From assembly GCA_965248435.1 (NCBI GenBank), contig OZ252100.1, positions 4,512,001-4,576,000 on the forward strand: a stretch of 64,000 bases of DNA, in the 5' to 3' direction. The stretch is from Candidatus Latescibacterota bacterium. GTDB lineage: Bacteria > Latescibacterota > UBA2968 > GCA-2709665. Made by a program: the position numbers and the translations under genes. Shown here in pieces: positions 47,593 through 57,303 of this stretch. Position 1 is the stretch's first letter. The number at the start of each line of letters is the position of its first letter. The notes beneath the pieces were generated by a model. It had not been told where the DNA came from, did no database searches, and worked only from the letters and a program-made list of their open reading frames with translations.

Positions 47593-48213
47593 ATGGTTCA
47601 GGTGAAGATCTGCGGGATTACGAATCCGGAAGACGCCCTGTTCGCGGCTGAGCTTGGGGCTGACGCACTTGGGCTTATCTTCTATAACGAGAGCCCTCGC
47701 TATGTCAGCCCCGAATGCGCTGCTGAGATTGTGGCGGGATTGCCTCCGTTTGTTACCCCTGTAGGGGTTTTCGTGAATGAGGTTAAGGAGCGGACCGAAG
47801 AGATTGTGCGCCTCGTCGGCCTCAGGGCCATTCAGCTCCACGGCGATGAACCGCCCGAGGCCTGCAGCGGATACTCGATTCCTGTCATCCGGGCAGTACG
47901 CGTGGGTGACGAGCTCGATCTAGATGAGCTGAGCCGATACCCCGTTGAGACATTTCTGCTGGACACAGCCAGGGCGGGCTTGTATGGCGGCACCGGCGAA
48001 CCGTTCGACTGGTCAGTTGCGCGAAATGCTTCTTCGGCCAGGAGGATTATCCTGTCGGGTGGAATCGATCCTGAAAACGTTGCAGCTGCCATCGGGGCCG
48101 TCCAACCCTACGGGGTTGACAGCAGCAGTGGGGTGGAGGCTGCACCGGGACGCAAGGATCACCAGAAGCTGACGGCCTTCTTCGAGGCCGTTCGGTCTGT
48201 CGATGGTCGCTGA
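47593..48213 (+). CDS. trpF: Phosphoribosylanthranilate isomerase
   Basis: 'VKICGIT', 'SPRYV', 'QLHGDE', 'GGTG..FDW', 'VDSSSGVE'. Confidence 0.97.
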   Translation: MVQVKICGITNPEDALFAAELGADALGLIFYNESPRYVSPECAAEIVAGLPPFVTPVGVFVNEVKERTEEIVRLVGLRAIQLHGDEPPEACSGYSIPVIRAVRVGDELDLDELSRYPVETFLLDTARAGLYGGTGEPFDWSVARNASSARRIILSGGIDPENVAAAIGAVQPYGVDSSSGVEAAPGRKDHQKLTAFFEAVRSVDGR

Positions 48214-48225
48214 TTCTTGAGACGA

Positions 48226-49503
48226 ATGGGGAACACCCAAGTGGATATCATAGAAGACCTGGAATTCAGGGGATACGTTTCCCAGAATTCCGACCCCGAG
48301 GGGTTGAAGCAGAGGCTCTCCACTGAACCCGTGACGCTCTACGCAGGTTTCGATCCGACGGCGGACAGTCTGCACGTGGGGAGCCTGATCCCCATCCTGG
48401 GGCTCCGTCGCTTCCAGATGGCGGGACATAGACCGATTGCACTCGTCGGCGGGGGAACGGGTCTGATCGGTGATCCGAGCGGCAGGGCCTCCGAGCGACA
48501 GTTGAACACCAAAGAAGTCGTGGACGGGTTCGTGGAACAGCAGAAGAGACAGCTGGAACAGTTTCTGGATTTTGAATCGAAGGGCAACGCGGCAAGCGTC
48601 GTAAACAACTTCACGTGGCTCTCCGAGCTCGGGATGATCGAATTCCTGAGAGATATCGGGAAGCATTTTCCGCTGGGATACATGCTTGCCAAGGAGTCCG
48701 TGGCGTCACGACTCGAGGCGGGCATCTCGTTTACGGAATTCAGCTACATGGTCTTTCAGGCGTGTGATTTCCTGGAACTGTTTTCCAGGTTCGACTGCGA
48801 GTTGCAGATCGGCGGAAGCGACCAGTGGGGAAACATTACGGCTGGGATCGAGCTCATCCGGCGGAAACTCGGGAAGCAGGCCTACGGGCTGACCTTTCCC
48901 CTGCTCGAAAAGGCGGATGGGAGCAAGTTCGGAAAGACGGAGTCGGATAACGTCTGGCTTGATCCAGTGAAATCGAGCCCATACCAGTTTTATCAATTTT
49001 GGATCAATACAGACGATCGCGATGTTATCAAGTTCTTGAAGATCTTCACGTTCCTCTCGAAAAAGGAGATCCTGGATGTCGAGGCAGAGGTCCTGGATCG
49101 ACCTGAAAAGCGGACGGCGCAACGCGTTCTGGCGGAGAGCGTGACGGAGTTGGTGCACGGGGCGGGGGCTACTCAGCGGGCAGCGCACATATCGCAGTCC
49201 CTTTTTTATGGCGACCTGGATAAGCTTTCAGCAGAGGAGATCGAGGAGGGGTTCAGGGATGTGCCCTCCTTCGCGCTCCAGAAGATGGACGGCATTGGGC
49301 TGATCGATCTCCTGGTGACGGCCGGCGTTTCGCCATCCAAGCGTCAGGCAAGAGAGGATGCCGGAAATGGTGCGATCACGATAAACGGGGAACGCTGCAC
49401 AGACCTCAATCGCCAGTTCGTCCCCTCAGATCGTCTGGGCGGAACCTATCTGGTCGTCCGGAGAGGGAAACAGAAATATCACCTCGTCCGGTGGGATGTT
49501 TGA
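48226..49503 (+). CDS. tyrS: Tyrosine--tRNA ligase
   Basis: 'YAGFDPTADSLHVG', 'QIGGSDQWGNI', 'KFGKT', C-terminal S4 domain. Confidence 0.97.
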   Translation: MGNTQVDIIEDLEFRGYVSQNSDPEGLKQRLSTEPVTLYAGFDPTADSLHVGSLIPILGLRRFQMAGHRPIALVGGGTGLIGDPSGRASERQLNTKEVVDGFVEQQKRQLEQFLDFESKGNAASVVNNFTWLSELGMIEFLRDIGKHFPLGYMLAKESVASRLEAGISFTEFSYMVFQACDFLELFSRFDCELQIGGSDQWGNITAGIELIRRKLGKQAYGLTFPLLEKADGSKFGKTESDNVWLDPVKSSPYQFYQFWINTDDRDVIKFLKIFTFLSKKEILDVEAEVLDRPEKRTAQRVLAESVTELVHGAGATQRAAHISQSLFYGDLDKLSAEEIEEGFRDVPSFALQKMDGIGLIDLLVTAGVSPSKRQAREDAGNGAITINGERCTDLNRQFVPSDRLGGTYLVVRRGKQKYHLVRWDV

Positions 49504-49546
49504 ATAGCGGATTTTGGATTGCGGAATGAAAGGGAAGTGATTCGAC

Positions 49547-50761
49547 GTGTCGTCTGTAAAACACACAACAACGCTGCCTGACGAACAGGGTCGTTTTGGG
49601 CCATATGGTGGCCGGTTTGTGCCGGAGACGCTGATGTGTCTCCTGGAGGATCTGGAAGCGGCCTACGGGGAAGCCAAGGATGACCCAGAGTTCAAGCGCG
49701 AGCTAGACACCTACCTTCGCGAGTACGTCGGTCGGCCAACACCGCTCTACTTTGCGGAAAGGTTGACCAAAGCGCTGGGAGGTGCGAAGATCTACCTGAA
49801 GCGTGAGGACCTGGCTCATACCGGGGCCCACAAAATCAACAATACGATGGGACAGATCCTGCTTGCCAGGCGGATGGGCAAGAAGCGAATCATCGCGGAG
49901 ACTGGCGCGGGTCAGCACGGGGTAGCCACGGCGACAGTAGCGGCCATGTTCGGTCTGGAATGCGAGATCTACATGGGGACGGAGGACATGGACCGGCAGG
50001 CGCTCAACGTGTTCAGGATGCGCCTTCTGGGGTCCAAAGTGACCGGGGTCACCTCAGGAAGCAGAACACTCAAGGATGCGATCAACGAAGCGATCCGGGA
50101 CTGGGTGACCAACGTCGAAACGACCTTTTACATTTTTGGTTCTGTGCTCGGTCCGCATCCCTATCCTATGATCGTCAGGGACTTTCAGCGTGTAATTGGC
50201 GTGGAGACCAGGGAGCAGATTCTAAAAGCGGAAGGGAGGCTCCCAGACTGCCTGATCGCCTGCGTGGGGGGTGGAAGCAACGCGATTGGGCTGTTTCACG
50301 AGTTTCTGGATGACAAGGAAGTGAAGATGATCGGTGTGGAAGCGGGCGGGCACGGAATTTCGACGGGGGAACACGCGGCGCGGTTTCAGGGCGGGGATCT
50401 GGGCGTCCTTCACGGGGCGCGTATCTATCTTCTGCAGGACAAAAACGGTCAAATCGCCCTTACCCACTCTGTTTCGGCGGGGCTGGACTACTCGGGCGTC
50501 GGTCCGGAACACTGTTACCTCAGAGATGAGGGACGGATCGATTATACCTACGCGACGGACGAGGAGGCCCTCGAAGGTTTTGAGAGGCTAAGTCAAACGG
50601 AAGGAATTCTGCCTGCACTCGAGAGCGCACACGCGATCGCAGAGGTCAAAAAGGTCGCTCCCCGCATGGAGAAGGACAGCATCATCATCGTCAATCTTTC
50701 AGGAAGGGGAGACAAAGACGTTCAGCAGGCTGCAAAGTTCTTAGGGGGGATGGACGAATAG
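49547..50761 (+). CDS. trpB: Tryptophan synthase beta chain
   Basis: '[15 protein letters not shown]', 'AETGAGQHG', 'CVGGGSNA', 'SAGLDY', 'NLSGRGDKD'. Confidence 0.98.
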   Translation: MSSVKHTTTLPDEQGRFGPYGGRFVPETLMCLLEDLEAAYGEAKDDPEFKRELDTYLREYVGRPTPLYFAERLTKALGGAKIYLKREDLAHTGAHKINNTMGQILLARRMGKKRIIAETGAGQHGVATATVAAMFGLECEIYMGTEDMDRQALNVFRMRLLGSKVTGVTSGSRTLKDAINEAIRDWVTNVETTFYIFGSVLGPHPYPMIVRDFQRVIGVETREQILKAEGRLPDCLIACVGGGSNAIGLFHEFLDDKEVKMIGVEAGGHGISTGEHAARFQGGDLGVLHGARIYLLQDKNGQIALTHSVSAGLDYSGVGPEHCYLRDEGRIDYTYATDEEALEGFERLSQTEGILPALESAHAIAEVKKVAPRMEKDSIIIVNLSGRGDKDVQQAAKFLGGMDE

Positions 50762-51582
50762 ATATCACGACCCGAATATCGAGGACCTTTCTCCGGCTCA
50801 AAGAGAACTCCGAGACCGGATTCATCGCCTACGTCACCGCAGGTGATCCTGACCTGAAGACGAGCGAAGCGCTCGTGCTCGAACTGGAGCAGCGTGGGGT
50901 AGATATCGTAGAACTGGGCGTTCCCTTTTCAGACCCGATGGCCGATGGGACGATCAACCAGGCCTCGGCTCAGAGGGCCCTTTTGCACAACGTCTCCCTT
51001 CTGGATGTTCTTGCCATGGCCGAACGACTTCGTGCTCGAACCGACCTCCCGATTGTCCTTTTCACATACTACAATCCGGTACACCATATGGGTCTTGAAG
51101 CCTTTGCGGATCGGGCCGCAGACGCAGGGGTCGACGGAGTTCTGGCACTGGATCTGCCTCCTGAGGAGGCCGGGGACTATAAGCGTCTCCTGAATAGAGG
51201 AGGTTTGGATACGATCTTCCTCGTAGCCCCGACCAGCAGGGAGCACCGGATCCGTTTGATCTCATCGGTTTCGACGGGATTCGTCTACTGTGTTTCTCGA
51301 ACGGGTGTTACTGGGGAACGCGAGGGACTTTCAGATAGAGTTCGGCCTCTGGTTGAAAGTGTGCGGTGCCACACGACTGAGCCGATCGCCGTGGGCTTCG
51401 GTGTGTCGCAACCCGATCAGGTCTCTGAGATCGCCGCCTACGCAGACGCAGTTGTCGTCGGGAGCGCAATCGTTCGGAAAATCGGGGAGGAGGCCGAGAA
51501 GGGCGGGAATCTGATCTCCAATGTGGGACAATTCGTGGAGACGCTCGTCGGGCCTTCAAAAGGGGTAACGCATGGACATTGA
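50758..51582 (+). CDS. trpA: Tryptophan synthase alpha chain (start uncertain, probably non-canonical)
   Basis: '[13 protein letters not shown]', '[10 protein letters not shown]', 'VGFG', 'VVGSA'. The conserved N-terminal 'RI..F....[10 protein letters not shown]' is in frame upstream of the first GTG (50875). Confidence 0.9.
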   Translation: MDITTRISRTFLRLKENSETGFIAYVTAGDPDLKTSEALVLELEQRGVDIVELGVPFSDPMADGTINQASAQRALLHNVSLLDVLAMAERLRARTDLPIVLFTYYNPVHHMGLEAFADRAADAGVDGVLALDLPPEEAGDYKRLLNRGGLDTIFLVAPTSREHRIRLISSVSTGFVYCVSRTGVTGEREGLSDRVRPLVESVRCHTTEPIAVGFGVSQPDQVSEIAAYADAVVVGSAIVRKIGEEAEKGGNLISNVGQFVETLVGPSKGVTHGH

Positions 51583-51847
51583 GGACTGGCGAAAGAAGAT
51601 CGATGAACTGGATGCGAAGTTGTTGGAACTGCTGAACGAAAGGGTATCCCTGGCGCTGGAGATCGGTAAGATCAAGGCCACAAATGCAAAGCCAGTCTAT
51701 TCACCCGATCGGGAAGCCTATATTCGAAACCGTCTCAAGACGCTGAATTCGGGGCCGTTGCCCGATGAAGCTGTCGATCGACTTTTTCAGATGATCATCG
51801 ATGAGTCTCGGCGCATGGAGGAGGAGGACAGCGGAGCGGAGGAGTAA
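51572..51847 (+). CDS. Chorismate mutase (AroQ type, monofunctional)
   Basis: 'R.KIDELD..LLELLNER..LA.EIG.IK....VY.PDRE'. Confidence 0.9.
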   Translation: MDIEDWRKKIDELDAKLLELLNERVSLALEIGKIKATNAKPVYSPDREAYIRNRLKTLNSGPLPDEAVDRLFQMIIDESRRMEEEDSGAEE

Positions 51848-51879
51848 AACCCTGGCCGGCAGGTAGGAGAGTTAGAGGG

Positions 51880-52908
51880 ATGAGTTTTACAGCGATTTGC
51901 GAGCTTCCGGGTCCCGAGGCCATTCAGGAGGCGATTCCCCTTTCAGAGGAGTTGAAGCGGATCAAGTCTGAGAGGGATCAGGAGATCCGGGCGATTTTCG
52001 AGCGGAAGAGCGAGAAATTTCTCGTTGTGATCGGGCCATGTTCGGCGCACGACGAAGATGCGGTTTGTGAATACGTAAGCCGACTCGCCAGGCTCCAGGA
52101 GGAAGTAAAGGAGCGGCTCGTTCTGATCCCGAGAATCTACACGAACAAGCCGAGGACGACAGGGGAAGGGTACAAGGGTATGGGGCACCAGCCGGACCCT
52201 CAGAAGGAACCCAATATTGCCGAGGGCATCAGTGCCATTCGGAGGATGCACGTGCGGGCCCTTGGGGAATCGCACCTGACGGCTGCGGACGAGATGCTCT
52301 ACCCTGGAAATACGCCTTATCTCGAAGATGTGCTGAGCTACGTCGCCATCGGGGCGCGGTCTGTAGAAAACCAGCAGCACCGGCTGACGGCCAGCGGCCT
52401 CGACGTGCCCGCTGGGATGAAGAACCCGACGGGCGGAGATCTGGACGTGATGTTGAACGCGATCTATGCTGCTCAGCTATCTCACGTTTTCAGTTACAAC
52501 GGCTGGGAAGTCGAGACGACCGGTAATCCTCTGGCACACGCCCTTTTGAGGGGCTTCGTAGATTCTTCCGGGAGGAGCATTCCGAACTATCACCACGAGG
52601 ATCTGATCCACATCGCTGAAGCGTATTTGAAACGCTCGCCTGCCAATCCGTCGATTATCGTGGACACAAACCACGCCAACTCGAACAAGCAGTTCCAGGA
52701 GCAGCCGAGGATCGGCATGGAAGTGATCCGAAGCCTCCAGAGTTCTGATCTTTTGAGAGGGATGATCCGGGGACTCATGGTCGAAAGTTATCTGGTGGAG
52801 GGATCTCAAGACGTAGATGAAGAGGTCTACGGAAAATCAATCACGGATTCCTGTCTGGGTTGGGAGGCGTCGGAAGATTTTGTGAGACAGGTCGCAGAGG
52901 TGTGCTGA
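51880..52908 (+). CDS. aroG: 3-deoxy-7-phosphoheptulonate (DAHP) synthase, class I-alpha
   Basis: 'IGPCSAHD', 'KPRTT..YKG', 'IGARS.ENQ.HR..ASG', 'KNPT.G', 'HANS', 'SITD.CLGW'. Isozyme name (aroF/G/H) is uncertain. Confidence 0.9.
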   Translation: MSFTAICELPGPEAIQEAIPLSEELKRIKSERDQEIRAIFERKSEKFLVVIGPCSAHDEDAVCEYVSRLARLQEEVKERLVLIPRIYTNKPRTTGEGYKGMGHQPDPQKEPNIAEGISAIRRMHVRALGESHLTAADEMLYPGNTPYLEDVLSYVAIGARSVENQQHRLTASGLDVPAGMKNPTGGDLDVMLNAIYAAQLSHVFSYNGWEVETTGNPLAHALLRGFVDSSGRSIPNYHHEDLIHIAEAYLKRSPANPSIIVDTNHANSNKQFQEQPRIGMEVIRSLQSSDLLRGMIRGLMVESYLVEGSQDVDEEVYGKSITDSCLGWEASEDFVRQVAEVC

Positions 52909-52930
52909 ATCCGATAAGGCGTGGTTTAAT

Positions 52931-53091
52931 TGCGGATTGCGGATCTGGGATTGCGGAATGGGAGGGAACGTATCTCGTATCAGGTATCTCGGCGTTAATG
53001 ACCTTCTTAGTACAACAGCGCGATTCGATTCTATCCTATTCGGAGAGCAAGATGTATCCGACGAGATACACTTCACGAGATACGAGATACG
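52931..53091. repeat. Intergenic 7-mer arrays, partly inverted (GCGGATT; GTATCTC versus GAGATAC)
   Basis: TGCGGATTGCGGATCTGGGATTGCGGAAT, then CGTATCTCGTATC..GTATCTCG and its reverse complement CGAGATAC..CGAGATACGAGATACG. Confidence 0.65.
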
Positions 53092-53106
53092 CTCGAAGAG
53101 TCGACT

Positions 53107-54219
53107 ATGTCGGATGATACCCAATTCGCTTCAGCCAGGATTACGATCGTTGGCGTCGGGCTGATCGGTGGATCGCTCGGGCTTGCCCTCAAGCGCTTTG
53201 GGATTGGACGAGAGATCGTCGGGGTCAGCCGACCCGAGACAGTTGAAGCCGCGAAAAAAATGGGGGCCATTGACACAGGATTTGACTATGATCAATTGAA
53301 AGCGGGTGTGGAGGAATCTGAACTTGTGATTCTCTCGACGCCCATTTCCCGGATTCTGGAGCTCTTACCCGAGGTTGTGTCCGGGGTTTCAGAAGGGACT
53401 CTGATTACCGACGTCGGGAGTACCAAGCGCGAAATCGTTGCTGTGGCATCTTCATTGAAGCGGGAAGGGGTCATCTTCGTCGGGGGGCACCCGATGGCGG
53501 GGTCCGAGCAGAGGGGCGTGACGGCCGCCGATCCCTTCCTTTTCGAGAACGCGATCTATATCGTTACCCCAGAGGATGACGTTCCCGAACTCTGGGTGAA
53601 TCGTTTGGTGAACCTGATCGGCCGCCTTGGTGCAAGGCCGATGCGGATCACTGCGCAGGCCCACGATCGTGTTGCTGCCGCGGTGAGTCACCTGCCCCAG
53701 TTGATGGCCACGGCTCTGGTTGGGATGATTGGACGGCTCCACGAGCAGGACGGGGTCCCGATCGAGATGGCAGCCGGGGGGTTCCGGGATCTGACGCGGA
53801 TCGCATCGAGCCCCTACGCAATGTGGCGCGACATCTGCAAGACAAATGTAGGACCGATCCGGGAGATGATCGATCTGTATCTCAGGGATCTGGGCGCCCT
53901 GCGAGATCGAGTGGATGACGACGAATTGGCGGGCAACTTCTCGTATGCAAATGAGATCCGAGGCAATATTCCCAAGGACTCGAAGGGATTTCTCCATACC
54001 CTACACGAGATCTTACTGATCGTCGAGGACCGCCCCGGAGTGATTGCAGGGGTTGCGACAGCGCTTTCGTCGGCAGGGATCAACATCGATGACATCGAAG
54101 TGCTCAAGGTTCGCGAGAGAGAGGGGGGTACGATTCGTATGGGATTCGATACGAAGGAAACCGCCGCGCGGGCCATTGCTATTCTGGATGAGGCGGGTTA
54201 CCGAGTTCGGATGAGGTAG
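53107..54219 (+). CDS. tyrA: Prephenate/arogenate dehydrogenase with C-terminal ACT domain
   Basis: 'GVGLIGGS', 'TDVGSTK', 'GGHPMAGSE', 'HD...A.VSHLP', 'GFRDLTRIA', ACT 'DRPGVIA'. Confidence 0.95.
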   Translation: MSDDTQFASARITIVGVGLIGGSLGLALKRFGIGREIVGVSRPETVEAAKKMGAIDTGFDYDQLKAGVEESELVILSTPISRILELLPEVVSGVSEGTLITDVGSTKREIVAVASSLKREGVIFVGGHPMAGSEQRGVTAADPFLFENAIYIVTPEDDVPELWVNRLVNLIGRLGARPMRITAQAHDRVAAAVSHLPQLMATALVGMIGRLHEQDGVPIEMAAGGFRDLTRIASSPYAMWRDICKTNVGPIREMIDLYLRDLGALRDRVDDDELAGNFSYANEIRGNIPKDSKGFLHTLHEILLIVEDRPGVIAGVATALSSAGINIDDIEVLKVREREGGTIRMGFDTKETAARAIAILDEAGYRVRMR

Positions 54220-54222
54220 AGA

Positions 54223-55551
54223 ATGGAGATGAGAGAGCTCGTTTCTGAGTCAATGGAGCAGACGGTCTCGCCGATCAAGGGACTTTCGGGTGAGTGCGAT
54301 CTTCCAGGGCATCCAGAGCTGTCCATGATGGCGCTGGCCCTGTCGGCCAAGGCCGAGGGGACGTCTATTATCCGCCGATGCTCGCGCCGGCCTGAGGTAA
54401 AGACCCTCGCAGGATACCTGGCCCAGATAGGGATAACGGTGGGCTGGGAGGCTGAGGAAGCCAGGGTCACGGGGGGCGTGCTTCAGGCCTCGAATGGTGC
54501 GTTTGATGTCGGGCGATCCGAAGTCCTCTTCGGGTGCCTGGCCGGGCTTGCCGCGGGGGCGGACCTTAGACTGACGTTTGAGGGAAGTCCAGCCGCCGAA
54601 ACCGGCGTGAAGCCCGTCCTGGAAGCGCTTCAATCGTTCGGCGCAAGGTTCACTCCATCCTTCGAAAGCGTCTTCCCCGTAGAGAGCGGGGGCAGCAAGC
54701 CGAGACCCGGTTCTTTCGGTGCCGGCAGGCCAAGCGCTGCAGTCAAAACAGCTGTTTTCCTGGCTACGCTGGATGTCGGCGGTGAGATCGAACTGCTTCA
54801 GGAGGCCGCAGGCGAAGAGGATCTCGAGGTCCTGCTGAAGGCAGCGGGAGGAGACCTTAGGAAGGCCAGGGTTCAGGGAGGGGAAGGCTATCGCCTCGTG
54901 CTGCGCGGACCGGTGTCGGTTCAGGCGACCGAGCAAGATCTTCCAGGGGACCCGGATGCCGCCTTGTTTCTTTTGTTCGCCGCATCCATGCATAAGACGT
55001 CCGACGTGACGCTGCTCGGTGTTGGAAATGACTGGAAGACCCGACGGCTGCTGGACCTGCTGCGGCGGATGAACGCACAGATCGAGATCAAGGTGACACG
55101 ATCCGCATCAGGATTTTCCACGCGCATCGTGCGCGCGACGGGATCGGAGCTTCGGCGTACGAAGATTTCGGGGGAGCAGTCGTCCCTCTTTATGGACGAG
55201 ATCCCGGTTCTGGCCGTGATGGGCGCGCGGGCGGCCGGCGAGACGGTCATTCGGGATGCCCGTGCTCTGCGCGATGGTCCCAACGACTGCCTTGCCTTGA
55301 TGGCGGAGAATCTTCGCAAGATGCAGGTCCGCGTCGGAGAGATTACAGACGGGTTGGTGGTCCAGGGGGGAAGGACGCTTCGCGGCGCGGATGTGGATGG
55401 GGGTGGGGATTCGCGCGTCACCCTGGCGCTTACGCTTGCAGGGCTTGTGGCAGAAGGAGAAACGAAGATCAAAAATCCGGGCCCCGTCGATCGAGACTAC
55501 CCCGGCGTTCTGGACCGCTTGTTGTCCCTGAGCGAAAAGAGAGGGGAGTGA
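54223..55551 (+). CDS. EPSP synthase (AroA)-fold protein with degenerate active site
   Basis: Length and scaffold match AroA ('PG', 'S..VK.A..LA', 'PGD', 'DEIPVLAV.GA.A.GET.I', 'YP'), but KS..HR, GNSGT, RPM, SAQ, KE.DR and DHR are substituted. Confidence 0.75.
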   Translation: MEMRELVSESMEQTVSPIKGLSGECDLPGHPELSMMALALSAKAEGTSIIRRCSRRPEVKTLAGYLAQIGITVGWEAEEARVTGGVLQASNGAFDVGRSEVLFGCLAGLAAGADLRLTFEGSPAAETGVKPVLEALQSFGARFTPSFESVFPVESGGSKPRPGSFGAGRPSAAVKTAVFLATLDVGGEIELLQEAAGEEDLEVLLKAAGGDLRKARVQGGEGYRLVLRGPVSVQATEQDLPGDPDAALFLLFAASMHKTSDVTLLGVGNDWKTRRLLDLLRRMNAQIEIKVTRSASGFSTRIVRATGSELRRTKISGEQSSLFMDEIPVLAVMGARAAGETVIRDARALRDGPNDCLALMAENLRKMQVRVGEITDGLVVQGGRTLRGADVDGGGDSRVTLALTLAGLVAEGETKIKNPGPVDRDYPGVLDRLLSLSEKRGE

Positions 55552-55553
55552 TT

Positions 55554-55694
55554 ATGAAGGTGTTACTCAGGTTGGCACTGTTGACGATTCTCACGGTTTT
55601 TGGGGCCGTCGCCTTTATTCGGTATACCTATGGCTGTTCCTGGAAGGAAAGTTTCGACATCGCGGACCGGTTCGTCGAGGACCTCCTAGGGTAA
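55554..55694 (+). CDS. Small (46 aa) membrane-anchored hypothetical protein
   Basis: GGGGAG then ATG; MKVLLRLALLTILTVFGAVAFIRYTYGCSWKESFDIADRFVEDLLG exactly fills the aroA-like/aroE gap. Not in the ORF track. Confidence 0.6.
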   Translation: MKVLLRLALLTILTVFGAVAFIRYTYGCSWKESFDIADRFVEDLLG

Positions 55695-55703
55695 GGATCC
55701 AGT

Positions 55704-56570
55704 TTGAAGATCCAGGCAACGAGTCAGGTGCTCGGTGTGATCGGGCACCCGATTTCTCATTCTTTTTCCCCAGACCTTCACAACGCCGCAATCGATGCCC
55801 TTGGCATCGATTATTGCTATGTGGCCTATCATGTCCTGCCGGATAGGGTTGGATCCGCGATCGAGGGATTGCGCGGCCTGAACATTCGGGGTCTAAACGT
55901 TACGATTCCCCATAAACTGGCGGTGATGGAACATCTGGACCAGATTTCGGAGGAGGCCCTGGCCGTCGGTGCTGTGAACACGATCTCGCACGAAGCGGAC
56001 GAGTTGATCGGCTACAACACGGACGTCTACGGAATTGAGGCCGCACTGGTGCGCGTGGCCGGTCTGGAACTGTTGCCAGAAAACTGCGTTGTCCTGGGTG
56101 CGGGTGGTGCCGCTCGGGCGGTTGTCTACGCCCTTGGGAATCGGAAGGAAGTCCAAAGGATCACGATCTTGAACCGAACCGCAAAGCGGGCCGAGGACCT
56201 TGCCAAGGACATGGAAAAGTTGACGGGGAAGACGATCGATGTTGGCGGAATGGACGCCGACGGCCAGGATCGGGCCTTTTCGGAGGCGGGACTCGTCGTG
56301 AATGCGACTTCACTGGGGATGGTTCCGAACATAAAAGATTCCCCCCTGATGAGCGAACGTGCGGTTCACTCAAACCTGGTACTCTACGACACCGTATTCA
56401 ACCCACTCGAGACCCGGCTTATGGGGCAGTTCCGTGAGGTGGGGGCTCAGGCCTTTGGCGGCCTGGATATGCTCGTCTTTCAGGGCGCGCGATCGTTCCA
56501 GATATGGACCGGTATCGAGCCCCCCGTCGATGTGATGAAGCAGGCTGTTCTCTCCAGTCTTAAGACTTAG
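55704..56570 (+). CDS. aroE: Shikimate dehydrogenase
   Basis: 'GHPISHSFSP', 'NVTIPHK', 'GAVNT', 'NTD', 'GAGGAARA', 'NATSLGM', 'GLDMLVFQG'. Confidence 0.95.
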   Translation: MKIQATSQVLGVIGHPISHSFSPDLHNAAIDALGIDYCYVAYHVLPDRVGSAIEGLRGLNIRGLNVTIPHKLAVMEHLDQISEEALAVGAVNTISHEADELIGYNTDVYGIEAALVRVAGLELLPENCVVLGAGGAARAVVYALGNRKEVQRITILNRTAKRAEDLAKDMEKLTGKTIDVGGMDADGQDRAFSEAGLVVNATSLGMVPNIKDSPLMSERAVHSNLVLYDTVFNPLETRLMGQFREVGAQAFGGLDMLVFQGARSFQIWTGIEPPVDVMKQAVLSSLKT

Positions 56571-56572
56571 CT

Positions 56573-57283
56573 GTGGGCCCGAACAGAGATGTGAAGCGGG
56601 TATTCGTGCGTGGAATGTTCGACCGGATCGCGGGGACGTATGACCTGCTCAACCACGTTCTCAGCGCGGGTATCGACATCCTGTGGCGCCGCAAGGCGAT
56701 TGACGGGCTTGGACCCGAGCCCGCCTGGCGGGTGCTTGATCTGGCGACCGGCACGGGCGATCTCGGGTTTGAGGTCTCGCGACGCGACTCGCACATCTCT
56801 GTGGTGGGAGTGGACGTCTCAATCCCCATGCTTCGGCGGGGGATCGAAAAGGCGGAGTCCAGACCAGGCCGCACAACCTTCTGCTGTGGCGACGCAGGGC
56901 ATCTCCCCTTGTCGAGTGGTCGGTTTGAAGGGGTGACGATCGGGTTCGGGATTCGGAACGTGTGGGACGTGGATGCTGCTCTGAAGGAGATCCATCGTGT
57001 CCTGCGCCCTGGAGGCAGGCTTGCTGTTCTCGAGTTCTCCCGCCCTCGACTGTTCCTGCTCAGGGACCTCTACTTCTTCTACTTCAAACACGTCCTTCCC
57101 ACGGTCGGCCGCGTAGTTTCTGGTGACCGCCGTGCGTATCAATACCTCTACGAGTCCGCGATGCAGTTTCCCGAGGGCCGGGATTTCTGTCGTCACCTCG
57201 AAAACGAACGATTCGTAGACCTGATCGAGAACCGTATGACGTTCGGGATTGCGACGCTCTACCTTGCCCGAAAGCCCGAATAG
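56573..57283 (+). CDS. menG: Demethylmenaquinone/ubiquinone C-methyltransferase (UbiE/MenG)
   Basis: 'MFDRIA..YDLLN..LS.G....WR', 'LDLATGTGD', 'FGIRN', 'LRPGG', 'LEFS', 'Y.YL.ES..FP'. Confidence 0.9.
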   Translation: MGPNRDVKRVFVRGMFDRIAGTYDLLNHVLSAGIDILWRRKAIDGLGPEPAWRVLDLATGTGDLGFEVSRRDSHISVVGVDVSIPMLRRGIEKAESRPGRTTFCCGDAGHLPLSSGRFEGVTIGFGIRNVWDVDAALKEIHRVLRPGGRLAVLEFSRPRLFLLRDLYFFYFKHVLPTVGRVVSGDRRAYQYLYESAMQFPEGRDFCRHLENERFVDLIENRMTFGIATLYLARKPE

Positions 57284-57303
57284 GAACGATCGGAGATTTT
57301 ATT

